Positions 52,486-59,692 of a stretch of 61,441 bases of DNA are shown piece after piece. Within the stretch, counting starts at the first letter, position 1, and each line of letters begins with the position of its first letter. A program made the translations under genes and the position numbers. The stretch is taken from positions 1 through 61,441 of IMG/VR virus record IMGVR_UViG_3300020463_000022, one strand, 5' to 3'. The stretch is from a virus (taxonomy: Duplodnaviria > Caudoviricetes). The notes beneath the pieces were generated by a model that was not told the DNA's origin, did no database searches, and worked only from the letters and a program-made list of their open reading frames with translations.

Positions 52486-52970
52486 GATTCTTTATTTAAA
52501 ATGTAAGACAATGTTCCTTTACTGGATATATTGAAATGTTCCATAGTTTTTTTATAACTACCATACTTTTCATGAAAGGCTTTAACCTCTTCGTGGTTAT
52601 GTTTTTTAATAAAACTAGATGCGTGTATAGCCCTCTCTTTTCTTCTTTCAGACTCAACGTCATGGGCGTTTTGACTAGCAGTTCCTATATCTATGTTGTC
52701 GTAGTGATTGTTGGTGCAGTCATTATCTAAATGTCTAACCATGTATCCCTCTTGGTAAAGCTTTTCGCCATACTTTTGATACGCCTGTAAACGATGAACG
52801 CCAACATTACGATTTTTTCCTTCATGATCTCTAATTTTAAATCTTCTATATCCGTTTGTGTGTAGCCATCCAACTGGATTTTTTTTCTTTCCAATGACAA
52901 TACCCTCCTTAGTAACTCTATATCCTTTTTGATAGGCAGTTTTTTCGTTTTTATTGTATTTATATTCCAT
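52482..52970 (-). CDS. HNH homing endonuclease
   Basis: NGY...VHRL...VRHLDNDCTNNHYDNI...N. Confidence 0.88.
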   Translation of the reverse strand: MEYKYNKNEKTAYQKGYRVTKEGIVIGKKKNPVGWLHTNGYRRFKIRDHEGKNRNVGVHRLQAYQKYGEKLYQEGYMVRHLDNDCTNNHYDNIDIGTASQNAHDVESERRKERAIHASSFIKKHNHEEVKAFHEKYGSYKKTMEHFNISSKGTLSYILNKES

Positions 52971-53488
52971 TAATTAGGCAGTTTATATTCATATACAAGT
53001 TTTTTATTATCCCTGTCAACCGCTCCGAGATAAGAAACCTTGTTGTCTTTATCATATTCAAGTTTCCATTGAAGTTTCTTTAGTCTTCTTTGAAATTGAA
53101 AAGAGGATTCGTTTGGAAGAAAATTAATCCAAATAAAAGGGAAATCATAAAGTTCTCTGCCTATTCCCCAATTGAAACAGGCTCTTTTGAATGCGTCTGA
53201 CGCTTGTCCTTTTTCCTTTTCAGTTTTAGACTCAGTGCCTACGTCCTGTTTAGAAACCCATTCGCCACTTTCAGGGTCTTTGACTGACACAGTACAAAAT
53301 AAATTTCCATTAATTAGTTCGTAGTTTTTTTTCCATCCAAACTTTCCGTAAAGATCGTCAAGTATTTTCATGTCACATCTTGCGTCTTTGTAGGCAAGAA
53401 TTATAGCACCCTTATCGGTGGTTGATTGTACCCTGAAATCAATCTGATCTATCGTCAGGGGATTGTAAGTTATTTTTTGTTTTGTCAT
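52970..53488 (-). CDS. Rad52-like (Sak) single-strand annealing protein
   Basis: AYKDAR...KQDVG...EKGQASDAFKRA..NWGIGRELY. Confidence 0.88.
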   Translation of the reverse strand: MTKQKITYNPLTIDQIDFRVQSTTDKGAIILAYKDARCDMKILDDLYGKFGWKKNYELINGNLFCTVSVKDPESGEWVSKQDVGTESKTEKEKGQASDAFKRACFNWGIGRELYDFPFIWINFLPNESSFQFQRRLKKLQWKLEYDKDNKVSYLGAVDRDNKKLVYEYKLPN

Positions 53489-53912
53489 TTAAGTATGTAT
53501 TTAAATTAATTGCATTTATATTTAATAGTGATTGAATATTTTTGTTCAGATATTTTATTTCTGTTGTCATTTTATCGGTTAGCTTTATGTGACCAAATTT
53601 TATATCTTCCGAATACCTTTCTAATGTGTTTTGTTTATAGGTCAAGGCTAAACAATTTTCAATGTGTGTTGGATCATCCTCAAGGAAAAGATCAATAAGT
53701 TCGTTCTCCATTGGTCTATACATATTGCTATTTGTGTGATAAATTTCATAGTGATGATCTCCTGAAGTTTTAAGATACTTTTCAATTTTGAAAAGCTTTC
53801 CATATATAAAACTAAGTCTTCCAAAACTCATAGCCTCATAACCTTTATTTAAAAGCCTCTCAAATAAAATAGATATTTTATCTTTTCTGTATGCCTTGGA
53901 GATACCGCTCAT
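53439..53912 (-). CDS. Hypothetical protein
   Basis: 157-aa ORF. Confidence 0.65.
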   Translation of the reverse strand: MSGISKAYRKDKISILFERLLNKGYEAMSFGRLSFIYGKLFKIEKYLKTSGDHHYEIYHTNSNMYRPMENELIDLFLEDDPTHIENCLALTYKQNTLERYSEDIKFGHIKLTDKMTTEIKYLNKNIQSLLNINAINLNTYLNDKTKNNLQSPDDRSD

Positions 53913-54111
53913 ACCAAACTAAATCCTTTAAAGTTTTATCAAGTCTGTTCCTGAATTTTTTCTCTTTTATTTTCTCTCTCGACTTTTGCAGACAAAGGTT
54001 CATCATCGCTATGTGACAACTTATAATCTTTCCTCTGATTAAATTTTCTGTCTTTTTCTTTTTCCTTCTCTGTAGATATTTTTGGTAACTGAATAGTTTT
54101 ATTTTTATCAT
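53878..54111 (-). CDS. Small basic hypothetical protein
   Basis: MIKIKLFSY..., overlapped by the alternative-frame ORF 53939-54193. Confidence 0.45.
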   Translation of the reverse strand: MIKIKLFSYQKYLQRRKKKKTENLIRGKIISCHIAMMNLCLQKSREKIKEKKFRNRLDKTLKDLVWYERYLQGIQKR

Positions 54112-54327
54112 GGTTTGATTTTTTATGGTGTACATATGGCATTTGAGTCCATAGGTGCCACTCGTTTGAATCATCTAAATTTTCTTTACTCATGCTTAAA
54201 ATTTATGTTGATATTGAGGGGAGGGAGGAACCCCTCATATCAATCAACATTATTACTAACTAAAAATAAAATGAAACACTCCCTAATTTTTTAAGATTTT
54301 AAATCTACTAATAACTTGTTCATAAAC

Positions 54328-54510
54328 CTAATGTTTTGTAAACAAACTAAGTCTTGCGTGAAAAAGTTTTAGCAATGAATCAATGTCTTCCTGTGGTTGT
54401 AACGTAGCTAAAAGAGTCAGATACTTTACACAAGAATCAAAGTGCGATCCTTTTTTACACGATCTAATCACCTTTTCAGCCTTAATAAATAGCTCTGTTT
54501 TTCTTTTCAT
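54328..54510 (-). CDS. Hypothetical protein
   Basis: 60 aa, coupled to the upstream gene. Confidence 0.6.
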   Translation of the reverse strand: MKRKTELFIKAEKVIRSCKKGSHFDSCVKYLTLLATLQPQEDIDSLLKLFHARLSLFTKH

Positions 54511-54513
54511 AAT

Positions 54514-55113
54514 TTAAAATGTGCTTGACATTTTCTTCAAGCCACCTTTTGCATCATCCAAAAAATGACTAACATCACTATAAAATGTATATTTATTGGG
54601 ATCTCTCTCGTCTTTGTAAACATCATTAACGGAGACGTGAATTAAAAATTTGGTGTTCGTTGCACTCAGGGTAAAACTTACAACATAAATGTTATAAATA
54701 TATTCCTCCGCATAGGCACCCACCTCATCTTTAAATTTCATTAGATAAAAACCTCCTGCCTCTTTCTTAAAGTGTGACACTAATTGTGCTGAGAGACATT
54801 CTGCTCCATTTGCTATCTTATCGGTAGCTTTTAATTTAGAGCTTATCCCATTAACCACCTTTAGGTCTTTTAAAAAGTCTGCCAAATCCAAACCATGCCC
54901 ATACATATGACCATCATATTGTCTGTATAGATTTATAAGGGAGCCTTTAGGACTTCCATCCATTGTGTGACTTTTAACATATTTAGCTAAGGCTATATAA
55001 AACTTTTCAGCGTGTTTACTTATGTCTTTTTCTTTTGCGTTTTTAAGGCTATCAATATCTAATACCTCATTTCCATCTACTGGAATTACTCTTGTTAAAC
55101 TTCTTGTTCCCAT
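54514..55113 (-). CDS. Early hypothetical protein (MGTRS...YRQYDG family)
   Basis: MGTRSLT...LYRQYDG...G..L..FL...EEYIY. Confidence 0.75.
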   Translation of the reverse strand: MGTRSLTRVIPVDGNEVLDIDSLKNAKEKDISKHAEKFYIALAKYVKSHTMDGSPKGSLINLYRQYDGHMYGHGLDLADFLKDLKVVNGISSKLKATDKIANGAECLSAQLVSHFKKEAGGFYLMKFKDEVGAYAEEYIYNIYVVSFTLSATNTKFLIHVSVNDVYKDERDPNKYTFYSDVSHFLDDAKGGLKKMSSTF

Positions 55114-55239
55114 ATTAAATTTTATTAAATTTTAAGATTAATTAAAAAAGAAAGCTAATCGGAATGAAATGTCGCCACCGATTATGAAAAAATAGTACCA
55201 TCTTTTAAACATTTGCCTTATCTTACTTTCTCTTATTTA

Positions 55240-55800
55240 TTATATTTTGCTATATGATAGCACTTTAAACTCAGGCAGACTTATTGCATCAGGTGTTTTT
55301 GAATTTAAATCTCTTTTGCTTGAGCCTTTTACATACAGGTCATTAAATTCCTCTATGTCCTCACAATTATAAAAAATTGTGTCATCATCAACTACGTCTC
55401 CAACTCCTATTATATAGTTTTTGCAAATTTCATTGTTGTCCCTCCATTGGATTGTACAATCATATAGTGAGCCTTTTTCTTTTAATTGATACTGCTCACA
55501 ATAATCCCTTAAAACATCCCAATTAATTCCATGATTTGCATCGTGATTATTCTTGACTGCGTCTAATACTTCCATGCCCTTTTCATCGGTACAGGTGTAA
55601 CCAAGGGAGCGAATATCATCCACTCCCCATTCTATACATATAGTATTTTTTTCTTCTGAAACCTCTTCAAAGTGCCTCAAAAGTCTAATTAAGCCTTTAC
55701 ACACCCCCATATACTCGGATTTAGAATGGCTATCGTTTACCCAATCCCTGTCATCTTGAATGTCTTGGATTGCTCTTTTTAAGTCTTGTGTTGTTATCAT
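55240..55800 (-). CDS. Early hypothetical protein
   Basis: 186 aa, includes HDANHGINWD. Confidence 0.7.
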   Translation of the reverse strand: MITTQDLKRAIQDIQDDRDWVNDSHSKSEYMGVCKGLIRLLRHFEEVSEEKNTICIEWGVDDIRSLGYTCTDEKGMEVLDAVKNNHDANHGINWDVLRDYCEQYQLKEKGSLYDCTIQWRDNNEICKNYIIGVGDVVDDDTIFYNCEDIEEFNDLYVKGSSKRDLNSKTPDAISLPEFKVLSYSKI

Positions 55801-55818
55801 ATTAAATTGAATTTTTGT

Positions 55819-55850
55819 TAAAGATATACATTTAGTTCGAATCTACCAAA
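55819..55850 (-). promoter_or_regulatory. Bacteroidota sigma70-type promoter TTTG-N20-TATCTTTA
   Basis: -33/-7 boxes 20 nt apart. Shares TTTGGTAGATTCGAAC with the 60055-60086 promoter. Confidence 0.7.
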
Positions 55851-55852
55851 TA

Positions 55853-56182
55853 CTAATTATCTGATTGTTTCTTATGGGCATAGTCACACGCATCGTTATA
55901 CAGGTTTCTATTGACCTTATAGACAAAATCAACAAAGTAGTTATTCCATTCTACCTGTGATTCAAGTTCAGCGTTCTGTTCTTGCAATCTTTCCTCATCG
56001 TATGCATCAGAAGATTTTGACCCATCGTCTTGATTCATTATATCTAAATCATCCGCATCAGCTTGTGCCATCCACTCTTCATCTGTCCACCTTTCACAAT
56101 TTGGATTGTCAATATGAAACCCTCCGAGATTCATATAAAATTCCTTAATTAACGAAACCTTTTTACTCATAATTTTACTCAT
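55853..56182 (-). CDS. Acidic early protein
   Basis: 109 aa, D/E-rich. Preceded by a hammerhead substrate site. Confidence 0.7.
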   Translation of the reverse strand: MSKIMSKKVSLIKEFYMNLGGFHIDNPNCERWTDEEWMAQADADDLDIMNQDDGSKSSDAYDEERLQEQNAELESQVEWNNYFVDFVYKVNRNLYNDACDYAHKKQSDN

Positions 56183-56191
56183 AACTTTTAA

Positions 56192-56230
56192 TTTTAAGAT
56201 TAATAATAGACGTTATATAATACTATATAA
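56192..56230 (-). promoter_or_regulatory. Hammerhead substrate site 7 (C17 = 56209)
   Basis: UUAUAUA-GUAU-UAUAUAA-CGUC/UAUUAUUAAUCUUAAAA. Confidence 0.75.
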
Positions 56231-56262
56231 AAAAAGGGACGATCTTTCGCCCCCTCTTTTTT
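56229..56262 (-). terminator. Terminator-like hairpin plus U-tract
   Basis: AAAAAAGAGGGGGCGAAAGAUCGUCCC-U7 on the - strand. Confidence 0.6.
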
Positions 56263-56278
56263 CCGCTATCTTCCTATA

Positions 56279-56461
56279 TTATGTGGAAGATGTGTCCCAT
56301 ACCTTGAAGTTAAATTTTTGCTTGTCTGATTTGTTTTGGTATTTACCAAGTACGTCAAACAATGCATCAAGACATTCTCCATCGGTCATTTCATCGCCAT
56401 CTGTAGTGACAACCTTAGACACGTCATTAAATAGATTTACAAATTCTTTTTCCCAGTTCAT
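56279..56461 (-). CDS. Early hypothetical protein
   Basis: 60 aa, ATGA overlap. Confidence 0.65.
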   Translation of the reverse strand: MNWEKEFVNLFNDVSKVVTTDGDEMTDGECLDALFDVLGKYQNKSDKQKFNFKVWDTSST

Positions 56462-56697
56462 AGCGTAGGTATTACTTCTTGTTTCTTTTTTCCAAAGTAG
56501 TAGTACGCCCCTCCATCATTGCCCTCATCATCTGATTGAGACAATATTGCAGTTCCATCTGTAAATTCAATAAGTAATGGGTTTTTATACCAGTAATCTC
56601 CCATTTCTTTTTTTGTAAGATATCTTACATGACTTATAGTTTTACCTACAAGTAATTTTCTTGCGTGGTTTTGCCACTTAATTTCTGTTTTACTCAT
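56458..56697 (-). CDS. Early hypothetical protein (SDDEGNDGG)
   Basis: Likely start is MSKTEIKW at 56697, not 56805. Confidence 0.7.
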   Translation of the reverse strand: MSKTEIKWQNHARKLLVGKTISHVRYLTKKEMGDYWYKNPLLIEFTDGTAILSQSDDEGNDGGAYYYFGKKKQEVIPTL

Positions 56698-56706
56698 AAT
56701 ATTTAA

Positions 56707-56750
56707 TTTAAGATTAATAATAGACGTTGAGGGATAGTCTCCTACCCCTC
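56707..56750 (-). promoter_or_regulatory. Hammerhead substrate site 6 (C17 = 56723)
   Basis: GAGGGGUAG-GAGA-CUAUCCCUC-AACGUC/UAUUAUUAAUCUUAAA. Confidence 0.78.
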
Positions 56751-56755
56751 TCGTT

Positions 56756-57022
56756 TTAATTTCCTTCAGCAAACTGAACGAAATCATCTTGATATGAATT
56801 CTCAAGATAGTTTTTTAACTTGGGCATTGTTGTCTTAACGTGCCTAGCTAAATATTTAAATGATTCTCTTTTACTTGGCTCTTTAATTTCTAAAGAACCA
56901 TTTTCGTCAAAGTAAAAATTAAGATTTAAGTTAGTCATCTCTTCGTTTACTTTATGTGTTATCCATATTGACACCAACTGATTATCGTGGTCAAAGGATG
57001 TACTAAATTTTGAATGTAACAT
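56756..57022 (-). CDS. Early hypothetical protein
   Basis: 88 aa. Confidence 0.65.
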   Translation of the reverse strand: MLHSKFSTSFDHDNQLVSIWITHKVNEEMTNLNLNFYFDENGSLEIKEPSKRESFKYLARHVKTTMPKLKNYLENSYQDDFVQFAEGN

Positions 57023-57023
57023 A

Positions 57024-57224
57024 TTATTGGATTTTAAAAATTATACTCTCTACTATCTTGTTCGTTGAAGAATCAAATAAATCTTCTTCTACATGCTTTA
57101 TCCGATGAACATCAGAATCCTCATGGAATCTAAAGTTAACATCTACATCTTCCAAAGTTCTGTTGTTTAATTTTAAATCTTTTTCTATCCTTGATAGAAA
57201 TCTTTTTATTTCACTTGCTTTCAT
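57024..57224 (-). CDS. Early hypothetical protein
   Basis: 66 aa. Confidence 0.7.
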   Translation of the reverse strand: MKASEIKRFLSRIEKDLKLNNRTLEDVDVNFRFHEDSDVHRIKHVEEDLFDSSTNKIVESIIFKIQ

Positions 57225-57233
57225 AATATTAAA

Positions 57234-57272
57234 TTTTAAAATTAGTAATAGACGTTATATAATATTATATAA
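57234..57272 (-). promoter_or_regulatory. Hammerhead substrate site 5 (C17 = 57251)
   Basis: UUAUAUA-AUAU-UAUAUAA-CGUC/UAUUACUAAUUUUAAAA. Confidence 0.75.
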
Positions 57273-57303
57273 AAAAATGAGAGGTAGAAAAATCTACCCC
57301 CCA
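57271..57303 (-). terminator. Terminator-like hairpin plus U-tract
   Basis: UGGGGGGUAGA-UUUU-UCUACCUCUCA-U7. Confidence 0.65.
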
Positions 57304-57317
57304 TCTGAAAAACTAAT

Positions 57318-57827
57318 CTAATCGCTAATATTGATATTAAGTTTCCACCACTCAACATCTCTTCTTGTGTAGGAGGGATGTCGACTAGGAGATACATAAA
57401 CCTTTCTACCAACCCATTTATTTAAATCTAAATAAGAGTAAAAGATTTGAATTGAAAGAGGTATTTCTTTTAAACCCCTGTTGGTTGCCATAGCAAGTCT
57501 TGATAAAGAATGCCAATCCATCCTTGCTTTGACCATTTCAGATTTCCACCCCAAATCATTGCAAAAATCTAAAGCATACTTGTCACACCTAAATTCAGCC
57601 AAACAACTTGGTTTGATTCTTTGGTCTATTATGTGTTTAATTTCGTGTAGACAAACAAAAAATCTATCAAGATTATTTGGACGTGGAATTTTGATTTCTC
57701 TTTGTTTAAAGTATGCTCTTCCACAGGATGTTACCGACCACTTTTTTAATTTAATGTTGTGTTCGTTCATCAGTGATTCAATAATCTGATGTGCATCTTT
57801 ACGATTGAATCTTTTTTTGTATTTCAT
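57318..57827 (-). CDS. SprT-like/zincin metalloprotein
   Basis: CGRAY...I.I...FVCLHEIKH...AEFRCD. Confidence 0.7.
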   Translation of the reverse strand: MKYKKRFNRKDAHQIIESLMNEHNIKLKKWSVTSCGRAYFKQREIKIPRPNNLDRFFVCLHEIKHIIDQRIKPSCLAEFRCDKYALDFCNDLGWKSEMVKARMDWHSLSRLAMATNRGLKEIPLSIQIFYSYLDLNKWVGRKVYVSPSRHPSYTRRDVEWWKLNINISD

Positions 57828-57836
57828 ATAATATTA

Positions 57837-57880
57837 TTTAAAGTTAGTAATAGACGTTGGAGGGAAATACATCCCTCCAA
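57837..57880 (-). promoter_or_regulatory. Hammerhead substrate site 4 (C17 = 57853)
   Basis: UUGGAGGGA-UGUAUU-UCCCUCCAA-CGUC/UAUUACUAACUUUAAA. Confidence 0.8.
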
Positions 57881-57885
57881 TCATA

Positions 57886-58848
57886 TTAAACAAAAACTCT
57901 TCCTAAACCATTGTCAGCAGTAACCTTGCCACCCAATCCTGTGGATTTTTGTGCAACGATATTACTAAACTGGTTGAAGATAGATTGGTCAAGTCTTTGA
58001 AGACTACCAGTCAATTTAGACTCTTGTCTTGAATTCTCTGACCCTCCTTTGTGTGTGCTATAATGCGTAACACCACTAAATAAACCCCATAGTGTTTTAC
58101 CCTTATAACTCATTTCTTCAGCGACTGACTTTGTGACTTTCTCACAAATATTAATCTTCCTTGTACTATACTTATCTTGGGCAATAGCCATAGAAAGTTT
58201 AGTATCAACTCCACTAATTTTTTCAATCACTTTTTGTGCAAAGGAATCATCAATCTCAATGTTTGCCATCTTATTAAAAGTCTCATACAAGCTTGTATCA
58301 GACTCTTCAAGATTTTCCAATGCTCTTAATGATACATCGATTAGTCTCCTCATATTGCTCGTATGACGTGCAGAGGATTCTAATGATTTTTTCATTGCTG
58401 AGAATTGATTGTCACATGAAATTGTAACTCCAGTAGTACCCCATCTTAATGAGGTGCTACCATCATGAGAATTAATAGCGGTTGCATAACGCTTTATTGT
58501 ATCTTGACCAACTTTGAGCGGTTCCAGTTCCAACTGCATTACAACTCTTCGACCTCCTTTGAAAATCTGCCCTTGAGTTATTGGTTTCCCAATTACATCG
58601 CCGACATTCAAAACAAGTTCGGCGAGTTCAGAATTTTGGAATATTTCGTATTGATCAGAAAATGCACCAAAACAATCTTTGTTATCCAAACGTACAGCAC
58701 CATAAAAATTGGTGTTGAATGTTTCAATTCCGTGATTGAATTGTAATGGTTTTTTCTCTACTTTCCAATTCATACCAAATTTGTCCAAAGTATTTTCTAC
58801 TTCTGACTTGCTAATAAACTCTTGATTTTTTGTAATAGAATTTTTCAT
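57886..58848 (-). CDS. DUF932/DUF945-like phage/plasmid protein
   Basis: W.VEK.PL...Y.IFQN...GGRRV...NSHDGS...CDNQ...TLWGLFSGVT.Y..H. Confidence 0.85.
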   Translation of the reverse strand: MKNSITKNQEFISKSEVENTLDKFGMNWKVEKKPLQFNHGIETFNTNFYGAVRLDNKDCFGAFSDQYEIFQNSELAELVLNVGDVIGKPITQGQIFKGGRRVVMQLELEPLKVGQDTIKRYATAINSHDGSTSLRWGTTGVTISCDNQFSAMKKSLESSARHTSNMRRLIDVSLRALENLEESDTSLYETFNKMANIEIDDSFAQKVIEKISGVDTKLSMAIAQDKYSTRKINICEKVTKSVAEEMSYKGKTLWGLFSGVTHYSTHKGGSENSRQESKLTGSLQRLDQSIFNQFSNIVAQKSTGLGGKVTADNGLGRVFV

Positions 58849-58857
58849 TTTATATAA

Positions 58858-58901
58858 TTTTAAGATTAGTAATAGACGTTGGGAGGTTTAACCCCTCCCA
58901 A
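58858..58901 (-). promoter_or_regulatory. Hammerhead substrate site 3 (C17 = 58875)
   Basis: UUGGGAGG-GGUUAAA-CCUCCCAA-CGUC/UAUUACUAAUCUUAAAA. Confidence 0.8.
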
Positions 58902-58916
58902 TCACAAACAAATCAA

Positions 58917-59249
58917 TCAAGAAACTTTTGCTGATTTTCGCTTTGTAAAATGTAACAATAACGTGCTACATAGTAGTCCTGATAAAGAATCCTGATCTAA
59001 TGCATCAACTAATATTTTGTCAAAAGTAAAATCAATTAAATGCAGTTTATCATCTTTAATGTAAAATGAAAATTCATCTTCCCAATCATTGTCTTCATAG
59101 ATTGCTGTAATTTCAAATGAATTTACGTCTACCTGTTTTACCTTGACTGATGATGTTTTGTCTCCAGCTAGTTCTAAGGCTATAGCTAGTGTTTGACTTA
59201 CTTTTTTAGCAATAATTAACGTTTCAGTAATTGTGTACATAGTGTTCAT
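58917..59249 (-). CDS. Early hypothetical protein
   Basis: 110 aa. Confidence 0.7.
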   Translation of the reverse strand: MNTMYTITETLIIAKKVSQTLAIALELAGDKTSSVKVKQVDVNSFEITAIYEDNDWEDEFSFYIKDDKLHLIDFTFDKILVDALDQDSLSGLLCSTLLLHFTKRKSAKVS

Positions 59250-59259
59250 AATATTTAAG

Positions 59260-59300
59260 TTAAGATTAGTAATAGACGTTGGAGGGATTGCTCCCTCCGA
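59260..59300 (-). promoter_or_regulatory. Hammerhead substrate site 2 (C17 = 59275)
   Basis: GGAGGGA-GCAA-UCCCUCC-AACGUC/UAUUACUAAUCUUAA. Confidence 0.8.
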
Positions 59301-59306
59301 CCATAA

Positions 59307-59672
59307 TTAAATAGAATCTTCTACTCTATCAAGTAATTCAGAAAGTTCGATTAAATCACTTGGTTTGTATACTCCTGATTCGTGTAAATCAGTCATAAGT
59401 CTGTCATACCAGTAACCATCAAACAAACCGAATAACATATTTGTCATTTCAGATTGGTAATCCTTGGTTGTTCTATCAGCTGATTGGATCATGTTCAATA
59501 CCAATGTCCTGTCATCCCCTGAAAAAATTTCGTGCCTGTCAAATCTTCTGTGGGTATACTCTTTCGTTGGATTCATATGTTTTTGAATCGTTCGAAGATA
59601 ACCAGTATGGGTGTTAGACTGCATTTTTTCCATTTTTTCAAACCATCTGTTGTTTAAACTATTTAAGTTCAT
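59307..59672 (-). CDS. First early gene, hypothetical
   Basis: 121 aa. Its AUG lies 27 nt after the ribozyme cleavage site. Confidence 0.72.
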   Translation of the reverse strand: MNLNSLNNRWFEKMEKMQSNTHTGYLRTIQKHMNPTKEYTHRRFDRHEIFSGDDRTLVLNMIQSADRTTKDYQSEMTNMLFGLFDGYWYDRLMTDLHESGVYKPSDLIELSELLDRVEDSI

Positions 59673-59692
59673 TTTAATTAAATTTTAAGATT

